NCBI GenBank assembly: GCA_964016885.1
Contig: OZ024752.1
Location: 33,170,001-33,234,000, forward strand
DNA: 64,000 bases
Reading direction: 5' to 3'
Origin: Eledone cirrhosa
Taxonomy: Eukaryota
Below, piece after piece: positions 52,304-64,000 of this stretch (position 1 is the first letter of the stretch; every line of letters starts with the position of its first letter). The translations under genes were made by a program, and so were the position numbers. The notes below the pieces were generated by a model. It saw only the letters and a program-made list of their open reading frames with translations, searched no databases and had not been told where the DNA came from.

Positions 52304-52472
52304 CCGTATTTCCAGGGGTCGAAGACGCTACTTTTTTCCTAAAATGTGTCTCAAAAATCTACCATGGGTCCTGGTGACTGAAGGGTGTTTATTATTTTTT
52401 TTTCAAATTTTTGGTTGTCAAAATTAGGGTGGGTCCTTGAGGACGAAGCGTCTTCGGCGCCGGGAAATACGA
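52304..52472. mobile_element. Tc1/mariner-pogo-type MITE (CCGTATTTC TIR, TA target)
   Basis: CCGTATTTCC..GAAGACGC / GCGTCTTC..GGAAATACG flanked by TA. Confidence 0.65.
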
Positions 52473-52499
52473 TATATATATACAAAGTAAAACCTACTA

Positions 52500-53200
52500 C
52501 AGTCAGTAGGCATCTCTAACAAAATACCCCCCCACCCACCCACCCCATCCACACCGCCCCCTTTCAATGTAAAGTTATGTTGGTCCCACAACATTCAGGC
52601 CGAAACAAATGAGATCGTGTAGGTGTCACGACAAAAAAACACACAGTCCACGCTGTAATGTGGCTGTGTAGGCAACACGGTAAAAACCTCCCAGACCCAC
52701 ACTGTAAATGTGGTTGGTGTTAGGAAGGGCATCCAGCTGTAGAAAACCCGCCAGACAGTCCACGCTGTAATGTGGCCGTGTAGGTAACACGGTAAAAACC
52801 TCCCAGACCCACACTGTAAATGTGGTTGGTGTTAGGAAGGGCATCCAGCTGTAGAAAACCCGCCAGACAGTCCACGCTGTAATGTGGCCGTGTAGGCAAC
52901 ACGGTAAAAACCTCCCAGACCCACACTGTAAATGTGGTTGGTGTTAGGAAGGGCATCCAGCTGTAGAAAACCCGCCAGACAGTCCACGCTGTAATGTGGC
53001 CGTGTAGGCAACACGGTAAAAACCTCCCAGCCCCACACTGTAAATGTGGTTGGTGTTAGGAAGGGCATCCAGCTGTAGAAAACCCGCCAGACAGTCCTAT
53101 GCGAGCAAGACAACCACTCTTGCCTCAAGTGGGAAAACTCCCGTCCAAACCCATGCAAGCGTGGAACAGGGACGTTAAACGATGATGATGATGATGATGA
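52500..53200 (+). mobile_element. Non-autonomous RTE-tail element with an internal 112-bp tandem expansion; copies at 12568-13045 (-) and 16180-16470 (-)
   Basis: Shares GTTGGTGTTAGGAAGGGCATCCAGCTGTAGAAA and AACCCATGC..GGACGTTAAAC(GAT)n with the RTE 3' UTR. Confidence 0.8.
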
Positions 53201-53747
53201 TAATGGTCAGCATCAACAGTTTTCCAAGAGATAGCAACATGAATGGACCTGTTATTTTTCTCTAACAATGTTTTTTTCCGATTCCACCCCACCCGTCTCC
53301 TCAATCTTTATGTTTCTTCTTTAATTTTTCATTCTATTTTCTAATAAAGGACTAGCGTCCGAAACATTAAGGCTCTTTTCCTACAATATCAATCGTAAAA
53401 CTAATAATATATTTCTTCTTTGTACTGTGTTGTTTGCTTTGTTATTTCTGGTTGCCTTTTGTCTATATATATATATAGATATATATATATATATATAGAT
53501 AGATATATATATAGATATATATATATAGATAGATATATATATATATATATAGATATAGATATATATATATATATAGATAGATATATATATAGATATATAT
53601 ATATATATTAGAAAGTGAGGTTTTTTTTACAAAATGAAAAATAACCGAGGTGTCCTACACGAGTGAAAGTATAAAGAAAAAGAGATGAAATCGAAAATGC
53701 AACTGGAGTCTTATTTTTTTTTTTTAAATATATATATTTATTTGGTT

Positions 53748-53785
53748 CCTTTACCGGTTTCGCAGTTCTTCTGCTTTTCAAAAGG
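53748..53785 (-). ncRNA. Minimal type I hammerhead ribozyme, U3-A8 core variant (family H)
   Basis: CCTT-TTGAAAA-GCAG(AAGAA)CTGC-GAA-ACCGGT-A/AAGG. Decayed relative at 37471-37511 (-) has stem II GCAT/ATGC. Confidence 0.72.
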
Positions 53786-53867
53786 TGAGTTGAGATGGAG
53801 GGTCTGTGGTTTTTCTCATATATATATAGATATATATATATTGATATATATAGATATATATATATAT

Positions 53868-53936
53868 AGAAAAATTTAGCCAGATTGAAGTATACTAATT
53901 AATAATTAGTATACTTCAATCTGGCTAAATTTTTCT
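53868..53936. repeat. Perfect 33-bp-arm palindrome between TA tracts
   Basis: AGAAAAATTTAGCCAGATTGAAGTATACTAATT-AAT-AATTAGTATACTTCAATCTGGCTAAATTTTTCT. Confidence 0.85.
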
Positions 53937-54060
53937 TTTGCAATATATATACAGATGTGTTGGTATCTGTGTTTCATCACATACATATTAGTTTATACAC
54001 GGCTCAGTGGGTATTTTCCTCCTTCGAGCTAATTCCATTGTAAAAGAATTCATTACCTTA

Positions 54061-54094
<34 letters not shown>

Positions 54095-54421
54095 TAGATA
54101 TATATAGATATATATAGATATATATATATATATAGATATAGATATATCTATATATATATATAGTGAAGGTGCATGTCTTAAGTGGTTAGAGAATTAGATT
54201 CACAGTTGAGAGGTTGTGAGTTCAATTCCCAGACCAGGTGATGTGTTGATATTCTTGAGCAAGACACTTTATTTCACGTTGGTCTTTCTGCCAGAAGTTA
54301 CGGCTGGTAGATAGTTATCAGCAATTGGAAAGACCAAGGCGAACATTGTTTCCTTGGTCCGATTTGAGGAGTTCCATTTATAATACTTTTTCATTTCTGA
54401 ATTTCTTTTTTTTTTTTCCAG

Positions 54422-54549
54422 GCATCAACAGTATTTATGGGCTTCCTTTTGGTTGAAGCATTTCTTAGCTTGATTTTTGGTGATAACAGAATCCGAATTT
54501 CTGATGGTCTTACCTCAATAAGTGCTGGAATCTTATCAAGAATTCCATT
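54422..54549 (+). CDS. AGMO: AGMO exon 2
   Basis: ASTVFMGFLLVEAFLSLIFGDNRIRISDGLTSISAGILSRIP versus DALTSISAGVLSRLP. Poly-T ccag acceptor, GTAAGT donor. Confidence 0.92.
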
Positions 54550-54956
54550 GTAAGTAACTTTTCCCTCAGATAACAATAATTGGTTTCTATCATAGGTGTG
54601 GCTTAATCAAACTTAGTCCACATCTGGCCAGAATTCTCACACCTCTTTCTGTTCAAGCCGGCTGTAACCGGCCACTCATACTGATGTTAAGCTATTGTTC
54701 TCAAAATAAATAATATCAAAATCTCATAGATTCAATATTATGTAAGGTAATTATGCCTTTATCGTGAAAATATAATAGTATATGCAGAATAATGTAAATG
54801 CTAAAGGTTTAATCTAATCAGTCCACAGTACTTAACTAGTGTCTTACTTTATCAGGGCCAACCTTTCACCTGCTGAGGCCCTAAGCTATATGAAATTTGA
54901 GGCCCTTCTCTAAAAAAATATATTTATTATTTTCTATATTAATGTTAATGATAAAA

Positions 54957-55037
<81 letters not shown>

Positions 55038-55756
55038 TTTTCTATGATTTAGTGTTAAAGATTTAAAAAAAGATAAAATAAAAATATATATTTTTTTTTA
55101 AAAAGAGGCCCTCAGGAATCGAACTCGCAATCTCTTGATTATGAATCCATTTCAAATAAGTAAATGATTTGAACTCCATAAAGTCTTTGATTCATTGCCT
55201 GAATTGAATTATTATGTTCTGTTATTTTATATATCTGAGTTTTAACACACTTGGTCATAAATGAGTGCTATTTCCACTTATATTGATCTTGTGTCTGTGT
55301 GTGTGCATGTGCATGTGTGTGTGTGTGATCTTGTGTCTGTGTGTGTGCATGTGCGTGTAATAAGAAAAACAATGAAGTTTTGTTTACATGCATTTAGTTT
55401 TTTTATTGTGTATTGACCTATTTGCCTTACATTCCAAATTCTGCTTAATAATTGTTTCTACTTTTGGCACAAGGCCAGCAATTACTCAGTGCATTACTGG
55501 TACTTTATTTTATCGACCCCGTAAGGATGAAAGGCAAAGTTAACCTCGGCTGGATTCGAACTCAGAATGGCAAGGGCCGTAATATTTTCTATGCGTCAAA
55601 GCATAGCGTCCGACCCTCTACCGATACTGCCAATCCACTGAGAAACTGAATGATATTACTAAATCTTTCCAACTTCTTGATTATTTTCAAAATTAATTTT
55701 ATAAAAAAAAAATGGTAACTACTTATAGTGGTGACTTATACTACCACAAGCATTTT

Positions 55757-56093
55757 CAGGCAGTTTGGTAACAAAAGTACCTTTTTGATTTCCATGTGTC
55801 TAACACACGTGGACATGCCCACAAAGTAAGAAAACAGCACAGTTCCCATGACTTTCGGAAACATTTTTTCCCGCTCAGAGTTGCTGAAGCATGGAACAAA
55901 CTACCTGCATCAGTTGTTAGCTGTCGAGACACTGCATCCTTTAAGGCCTCCATGCTTCCCGAGATCCGCCAACACTACAGCTAACACATACACACATGTA
56001 CTTCCCTGACATTTGTGTATTATTCTATGTACTATATTGACGAGTTGTGGTGCACCTGAGCACTTTACACAATAATTTCATTATTATTATTAT
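55757..56093 (+). mobile_element. CR1-like LINE 3' end; tail copies at 60325-60640 (-)
   Basis: TRGHAHKVRKQHSSHDFRKHFFPLRVAEAWNKLPASVV with an (ATT)n tail. Confidence 0.8.
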
Positions 56094-56136
56094 AAAAGAG
56101 TTAAGCTGTTTTGTTTTGTTTTTTAATTAATTGCAG

Positions 56137-56288
56137 GATCTTTGTCAAGTCAGTATTTTTGGATATCTATATCTGGATACACACTAACTACCACATCGTA
56201 AAACTAGAATGGAACTCACCATACACTTGGGTCTTCAGTTTTTTAGCCATTGACTTTTGTTACTATTGGTTCCATCGACTCTCACATG
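56137..56288 (+). CDS. AGMO: AGMO exon 3
   Basis: ...LEWNSPYTWVFSFLAIDFCYYWFHRLSH contains the first His box (HxxxH) of the fatty-acid hydroxylase motif. Confidence 0.94.
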
Positions 56289-56741
56289 GTAAAGTACAGC
56301 GCTTTCTCATTTTTAAGGATATATTTACCATATATATTCAAATATCAAATATCAAATATCCCAAAAGTCAGCTCAAAAGTGACACAGAGGAGACTGAGGT
56401 TAGCTGGACATGCTCACCGACATCCAGAGTTGACATTGCACTCAGTACTCCTTTGGGAGCCCCTACATGGACACACTGGAAGAGGAAGACCAAGGTTAAC
56501 GTATGTTGATGCCCTAAGGACAGACACTGGTCTGTTGGAGATGCAGGACATGGCAGCGATAATGAGGGACAAAGACCGCTGGAGAGAACTCGTCCATGGA
56601 TCTCGGGAATTTTACCCGCCTTAGATAGATAGATATTCAAATATAAGCTTAGGAATATGTGACCCCAAAATCAATGAGAGGTTGGCTTATATACACATTC
56701 TAAACAATGTGTTGATTAGCTGCTTTTGCTTATAAATGGGC

Positions 56742-57165
56742 TTTGGACCGGTCCATTTCAACATACATCATCCTTATATATATGTTGCAGTCCTCTGTCA
56801 TGTCCTCCTAACTAGCATGGGTTGGACCAGTCCATTTCAATATACATCATCCTTATATATATGTTGCAGTCCTCTGTCATGTCCTCCTAATTAGCATGGG
56901 TTGGACCAGTCCATTTCAACATACATCATCCTTATATATAGGTCGCAGTCCTCTGTCATGTCCTCCTAACTAGCATGGGTTGGACCGGTCCATTTCAACA
57001 CACATCTATATATATAGGTTGCAGTCCTCTGTCACTTCCTCCTAATTAGCATGGGTTGGACCGGTCCATTTCAACATACATCATTATATATATGTTACAG
57101 TCCTCTGTCATGTCCCCCTAACTAACATGGGTTGGACCGGTCCATTTCAACACACATCTTATATA
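56742..57165. repeat. About 80-bp tandem repeat, about 5 copies
   Basis: Unit TTGGACCGGTCCATTTCAACATACATC...CCTAACTAGCATGGG. Confidence 0.9.
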
Positions 57166-57511
57166 AATTTTTCTACTTTTGGCACAAGGCCAGCAAATAC
57201 CCAGTGCATTACTGGTACTTTATTTTATCGACCCCGTGGGAATGAAAGGCAAAGTTAACCTCGGCGGGATTTGAACTCATCTTATATAACCATGCGCCAT
57301 CGGTTACGACAACTAGTGTTCTAGTTGATCCGATCAACGAAGCAGCCTGCTCGTGAAATTAACGTGCAAGTGGCTGAGCATTCCACAAACATGCGTACCC
57401 CTAACGTAGTTCTCAGGGAGATTCGGTGTGACACAGAATGTGGCAAGGCTGGCCCCCTTCGAATTACAGGTACAACTCATTTTTGCCAGCTAAGTTAACT
57501 GGAGCAACATG

Positions 57512-58822
57512 AAATAAAGTGTCTTGCTCAAGGGCACACCGCTCTGCCGGGAATCGAACTCACGACCTTACGATCATGAAACCGAATTCCCTAACCACAA
57601 AGCCACATGCTGCCTTCACACCTTTATATATGTTGCTGTCCCCTTAAATAAAGTGTCTTGCTCAAGGACACACCGCTGTGCCGGGAATCGAACTCACGAC
57701 CTTACGATCATCAACCGAATTCCCTAACCACACAGCCACATGCCTTCACACCTTTATATATGTTGCTGTCCTCTTAAATAAAGTGTCTTGCTCAAGGACA
57801 CCCCGCTGTACCGGGAATCGAACTCACGACCTTACGATCATCAACCGAATTCCCTAACCACAAAGCCACATGCCTTCACACCTTTATATATGTTGCTGTC
57901 CCCTTAAATAAAGTGTCTTGCTCAAGGACACACCGCTCTGCCGGGAATCGAACTCACGACCTTACGATCATCAACCGAATTCCCTAACCACAAAGCCACA
58001 TGCCTTCACACCTTTATATATGTTGCTGTCTTCTTAAATAAAGTGTCTTGCTCAAGGACACACCGCTCTGCCGGGAATCGAACTCACGACCTTACAATCA
58101 TCAACCGAATTCCCTAACCACAAAGCCACATGCCTTCACACCTTTATATATGTTGCTGTCCCCTTAAATAAAGTGTCTTGCTCAAGGACACACCGCTCTG
58201 CCGGGAATCGAACTCACGACCTTACGATCATCAACCGAATTCCCTAACCACAAAGCCACATGCCTTCACACCTTTATATATGTTGCTGTCTTCTTAAATA
58301 AAGTGTCTTGCTCAAGGACACACCGCTCTGCCGGGAATCGAACTCACGACCTTACAATCATCAACCGAATTCCCTAACCACAAAGCCACATGCTGCCTTC
58401 ACACCTTTATATATGTTGCTGTCCTCTTAAATAAAGTGTCTTGCTCAAGGACACACCGCTGTGCCGGGAATTGAACTCACGACCTTACAATCATCAACCG
58501 AATTCCCTAACCACAAAGCCACATGCCTTCACACCTTTATATATGTTGCTGTCCTCTTAAATAAAGTGTCTTGCTCAAGGACACACCGCTGTGCCGGGAA
58601 TTGAACTCACGACCTTACGATCATCAACCTAATTCCCTAACCACAAAGCCACATGCCCTCACACCTTTATATATGTTGCTGTCCTCTTAAATAAAGTGTC
58701 TTGCTCAAGGACACACCGCTGTGCCGGGAATTGAACTCACGACCTTACGATCATCAACCGAATTTCCTAACCACAAAGCCACATGCCCTCACACCTTTAT
58801 CTCTGTTGCTGTCCTCTTAAAT
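57512..58822 (-). repeat. About 130-bp tandem array (about 10 copies) of a SINE tRNA-like head plus flank, abutting AGMO exon 4
   Basis: Each unit carries TGGCTTTGTGGTTAGG and GAGTTCGATTCC boxes on the minus strand and TCCTTGAGCAAGACACTTTATTT. Confidence 0.92.
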
Positions 58823-58849
58823 GGTTTGTTTTCTCGTCTTCCCTTGCAG

Positions 58850-58953
58850 AGGTCAACGTCTTTTGGACCGCTCACCAGGTACACCATAGCTCGGAAGATT
58901 ACAACTTTTCTACAGCAATGAGACAATCAGTGTTTCAAGTTTACAGTGGATGG
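58850..58953 (+). CDS. AGMO: AGMO exon 4
   Basis: EVNVFWTAHQVHHSSEDYNFSTAMRQSVFQVYSGW contains the HxxHH box. The conserved Glu after HRLSH is formed across the splice junction. Confidence 0.94.
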
Positions 58954-58960
58954 GTGCGTA

Positions 58961-60137
58961 CATCTTCATCATCTTCATCATCTTCATCATCATCATTACC
59001 GCCACCATCATCACCACTGCCATCATCAACATAATCTACACCACCACCACCACCATTATCATCATCATCATCACTACCATCACCGCTACCATCATCATCA
59101 CCATCATCATCGCTACCATCATCATCATCACTACCATCACCGCTATCACCACCACCACCACGACCACCACCACCGCCATCACCACCACCACCACTACTAC
59201 CACCACCGCCATCATCATCACCACCATCATCACCATTGACATAATCTACATCATCACCACCATCACCACTACCACCACCATCATCATCATCATCACCATC
59301 AATATAATCTACACCACCACCACCATTATCATCATCACCACCACCACCACCACCACCACCACCGCCACCACCATCATCATCATCACTACCATCACCGCTA
59401 TCATCATCACCACCATCATCAACATAATCTACACCACCACCACCATTATCATCATCACCACCACCACCACCACTACTACCACCACCACCGCCATGATCAT
59501 CACCACCATCGTCATCATCATCACCATCAACATAATCTACACCACCACCGCCATCATCATCACCACCATTACTACCACCGCCGCCATGATCATCACCACC
59601 GTCATCACCGTCGACATAATCTACACCACCGCCACCATCACCACTACCACCACCATCATCATCATCATCATCACCATCAACATAATCTACACCACCACCA
59701 CCACCATTATCATCATCACCAATACCGCCACCATCACCAACACCACCACTACCACCATCATCACCACCATCATCACTACTACCACCACCATCACCACTAC
59801 CACCACCACCACCACCATCATCATCATCACCATTGACATAATCTACGCTGCCACCATTATCATCACCAACACCACCACTACCATCATCACCACCATCATC
59901 ACTACTACCACCATCATCACTACTACCACCACCATCACTACTACCACCATCAATATCACCACCACCATCACTACCATCATCACCACCATCATCACTACTA
60001 CCACCACCATCATCATCATCATCACGACCATCACCACCACCATCACTACCACCACCATCACCACCACCACCACCACCACCACCATCACCACCACCACCAC
60101 CACCATCACCACCACCACCATCACCATCATCGCCATC
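58961..60137. repeat. Cryptic (CAC/CAT/TAC)n trinucleotide satellite with recurring ACATAATCTAC landmarks
   Basis: Low-complexity triplets starting just after the AGMO exon 4 donor. Confidence 0.92.
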
Positions 60138-61484
60138 AAATTCTACATTTCTGTACAAATTCTGCTCATTTCTCAGACATAAAATAGTAGGGCTGGCTTA
60201 TATTCAAGAATATACAGTAAGACATCATCATCATCATTATCATCATCATCACCGTTTTATGTCCGTTCTTCCACGCTAGCATGGGTTAGACGGGTTGTCC
60301 TGTTGTGGTCAGTGTCTGGTTGGATAATAATAATAATAATAATGAAATTATTGTGTACAGTGCTCAGGTGCACTACAACTCATCAAAGGTGCATGTATAG
60401 TACATAGAATAATGTCAGGAAAATGAACAGTGTATGAGTCATGATATAATAACAATAACAATAATGAAATATTGTGTACAGTGCCCAGGTGCACCACAAC
60501 TCATCAATGCACAAAAAAGTGCATGTACAGTACATAGGGCTATGCACAAACATCAGTAAAATGAACAGTGCACGAGTCATGATACACACATGTGTGCATG
60601 TGTATGGAAGGGGTACATCAGGTGTAGTTTTAGCGTATTTCAGGAAGGCTTGTCTTGCTCATACAGGAACTGATCCTGGCTTGATTTCTACAGCTGGATG
60701 CCCTTCCTAACACCAACCTCATTTACAGTGAGTGCTGGTTGCTTTTTTTCCATGGCGCCTACACGTCCACTTTACAGTGTGGGCTGGGTGCTTTTTTGCC
60801 GTGGCACCTCCATGACCACTTTGCAGTGGGAGGGTGTGGAGGCATATTGTCTATATGCTTCAGCTGCAGCTTGTACCCGACGGGGGTCGAGTATTCTGTA
60901 TTACTGCGTGACTAGACAGCGACATGGCAGAGTCATTAAAATGTCAGATAGAATGCTTTGCGGCATTCGTGTCAGCTCTCTGCTCTCTGAGTTCAAATCC
61001 ATCAAAGCCAAATTTACCTTTCATCCATTTGAGGTTGATAAAAAAGGTACCAGTCTAATATTGGGTCGATTATTCCTCTATATCTCTTTCTCACTTCCAT
61101 GGATTGGCAGTATCGGTAGAGGGTCGGACGCCATGCTTTCCAGCATAGTTACGTCCCTTTACGATCTGAGTTCAAATCCCGCCGAGGTTGACTTTGCCTT
61201 TCATCCTTACGGGGTCGATAAAATAAAGTACCAGTAATACACTGGGTAATTGCTGGCCTTGTGCCTAAAGTAGAAACAATTATTTCATTCTCTGGAAGAG
61301 ATCTATTGTATTTAGACTTAGAGAGAAGATGGACTCCAGCAGGTTTTTTTTTAAATGCTCTAAAAATGTTGTATGTCTATATGGCACCCTTATGATTCCT
61401 TCGGAAGTTATGGAACCATGCATGCAGGGGCCTCATTTGCCTTAAAAATGTGAGAGGGACAAACCAACATTTGTTGATTCTTAA

Positions 61485-61692
61485 CCCTTTAGCATTTAAA
61501 CTGGCCATATCCAGCCAGAATTCTCTCACTTCTTTCTGTTCAAACTGGCTGTAACTGGCTGCTCACACCTACATTAAGGTATTGTTCTCAAAATAAATAA
61601 CATCAAAATCTCGTAGATTCGATTTTATGTAAGATAAAGCCTTTACCACAAAAATACAATAGTATATATAGAGTAATGTAAATGCCAAAGGG
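61485..61692. mobile_element. piggyBac-like MITE (TTAA TSD); copies at 61953-62142 and partial at about 54610-54810
   Basis: TTAA|CCCTTTAGCATT...AATGCCAAAGGG|TTAA. Confidence 0.75.
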
Positions 61693-62185
61693 TTAAAGGA
61701 GCATAAATTGTTTATGGTGCCTTACCTGGACCCTATCACATAAGTAAAATTTTATGCTAATTAAATTTTATATATTCAAATGAAGTTCAGATATAAAAAA
61801 AAAAATAAGCTTAAAAAGAATTTATTATATCAAATAAACAAAAAATAGAACATAGACGTTTGAAAAAGTGTGTGTGTGTGTGGGGGGGGGGGGGGCTTGT
61901 CCCCTGGTACCCCCCTGAAACAAGGCCCTTGCATGCATGTAATGTACTTTAACCCTTTAGTATTAAAACCAGCCATATCCGGCCACAACCCCTTTCTGTT
62001 CAAACCGGTTGCAACCGGCAACTTTAAGGCATTGTTTTCAAAATAAATAATATCAAAATCTCATAGATTCGATATTATGTGAGATAAAGCCTTTTCTATG
62101 AAAATACAACAGTAAATATAGAGTAATGTATATGCTAAAGGGTTAATACTATTATTATAAGTTCCTTACCGTTTTCTTCCTACAG

Positions 62186-62281
62186 TTGTTCTACACACCA
62201 ATGGCACTATTTTCCCCAGTATCAATATATTTGGTACATGAACAATTAAACCTTCTTTATCAGTTTTGGATTCACACTGAA
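62186..62281 (+). CDS. AGMO: AGMO exon 5; the gene continues beyond the window
   Basis: LFYTPMALFSPVSIYLVHEQLNLLYQFWIHTE versus FNLLYQFWIHTE. ctacag acceptor, GTAAGT donor. Confidence 0.94.
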
Positions 62282-63087
62282 GTAAGTTATTCATGGCAAT
62301 TATTTCTTTCTATAAAATTATAAAATTCTACCTAAACTTTTTGATATGAAACCACCTGAAGCTGCCTCTGATTCTGTCATACATCATCATCACCACCATC
62401 ATCGTTTAACATCTATTTTCCATGCTAGCATGGGTTAGATGAGTTGCCCCATTTGAGGCAAGTCAGGTCAGCTGATCATGTCTTGCTCATACAGAACCGA
62501 TTCTGGCTTGGTTTCTACAGCTGGATGCCCTTCCTAATGCCAACCAAATTTATAGTGTGTGCTGTAGAAAAAGATATGTTTAGTAATGTGATCCTGGATT
62601 TCTTGAATATAGGGATGGTCGTCGCTAGAATCTCTTTCATTCAGTTCATAAGTCTGCTCATTCAGGACTGACCTAGGGTAAACAACAACAATAACAACAC
62701 CTATTGTGTGTATGTGAACATAATGTGTTTTGCTATGAATACTGTTCATGCAAGCAAAGCCAAAAGCAGTGAAGCCACAAGGCCTAATGGTTAGGATGTT
62801 GGACTTATCTTAACTATAATGTCATCAATTAGATTCCTGGACATATTGCTGCATTGTGCTCTTGAGCATAACACTTTATTTCCCATTGCTTCAGTATACT
62901 CAGCTGAGAGTAAGTACCAGCAGTAGCTTGGGGGAATTAAACCTGTGATAGACTGGCATCCTATCCAGGGAGAGTCTTGTACTCTCAGTTATTTAATGCC
63001 AGGAAAACCGGAGATAAGCACCAGCCTATTGTGCCTTTGGCTTAGAATGGACTTTAACTAACTTTAACAGAGTTTCTCCAGATATCA

Positions 63088-64000
63088 TACAATGACCACT
63101 ACATCTAATACAATGACCACTACATCTAATCCAATGACCAGTACATCTAATCCAATGACCACTATATCTAACACCAATAACCACTACATCTAACACCAAT
63201 GACCACTATATCTAACACCAATAACCACTACATCTAACACCAATGACCACTATATCTAACACCAATGACCACTATATCTAACACCAATGACCACTACATC
63301 TAACACCAATGACCACTACATCTAACACCAATGACCAGTACATCTAATCCAATGAGCAGTACATCTAATCCAATGACCAGTACATCTAATACAATGACCA
63401 CTACATCTAATACAATGACCACTACATCTAATCCAATGACCAGTACATCTAATACAATGACCACTACATCTAATCCAATGACCACTACATCTAATACAAT
63501 GACCACTATATCTAATCCAATGACCAGTACATCTAATACAATGACCACTACATCTAATACAATGACCACTATATCTAATCCAATGACCACTACATCTAAT
63601 ACAATGACCAGTACATCTAATAAAATGACCAGTACATCTAATCCAATGACCACTACATCTAATACAATGACCAGTATATCTAACACCAATGACCACTACA
63701 TCTAACACCAATGACCACTACATCTAACACCAATGACCACTATATCTAACACCAATGACCACTACGTCTAACACCAATGACCAGTATATCTAACACCAAT
63801 GACCACTACATCTAACACCAATGACCACTACATCTAACACCAATGACCACTACATCTAACACCAATGACCACTATATCTAACACCAATGACCACTACATC
63901 TAACACCAATGACCACTATATCTAACACCAATGACCACTATATCTAACACCAATGACCACTATATCTAACACCAATGACCACTATATCTAACACCAATGA
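63088..64000. repeat. 21-22-bp minisatellite running off the window end
   Basis: Unit CAATGACCACTACATCTAA(C)AC. Confidence 0.95.

Noticed and set aside
57512-58822. tRNA gene cluster
   Set aside because: A/B boxes are present, but I could not fold a complete cloverleaf and each head continues into SINE core sequence.
58941-60182. 405-aa Gly/Asp-rich and 410-aa Thr/Ile-rich ORFs
   Set aside because: Stop-free frames of a trinucleotide satellite inside AGMO intron 4; no splice or domain support.
63300-63711. Repetitive 124-129-aa ORFs
   Set aside because: Translations of the 21-bp minisatellite.

Overview
AT-rich, microsatellite-dense animal genomic DNA. The SINE and microsatellite landscape suggests an octopus or other cephalopod; this is an inference. 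Two spliced genes diverge head-to-head. FYCO1 (RUN domain plus coiled coil) is on the minus strand, with ATG at 21347 and 10 coding exons traced to 3918; it continues beyond the window. AGMO (alkylglycerol monooxygenase) is on the plus strand, with ATG at 46482 and 5 exons traced to 62281; it also continues. The rest is mobile and repetitive DNA: a young 5'-truncated RTE LINE with a PHD finger inside its RT ORF, two tRNA-headed SINE families, Tx1/L1-like and CR1-like fragments, several MITEs and minisatellites. The main discovery is a dense population of small non-coding elements sitting in or next to (TA)n tracts that carry type I hammerhead ribozymes (HHRs). By manual folding I count about 19 complete or near-complete motifs in about 11 distinct ribozyme sequence types. 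Many have palindromic minimal stem III, two types use the compensatory U3-A8 core, and stems covary between copies. They occur as greater-than-unit tandem copies (310, 318 and about 420 nt monomers) and as fold-back inversions. This looks like a Penelope-like-element (PLE)-dependent, retrozyme-like, possibly circular-RNA system. A decayed PLE GIY-YIG relic lies in the same window. All folds were done by eye; cleavage activity, expression and novelty are untested.
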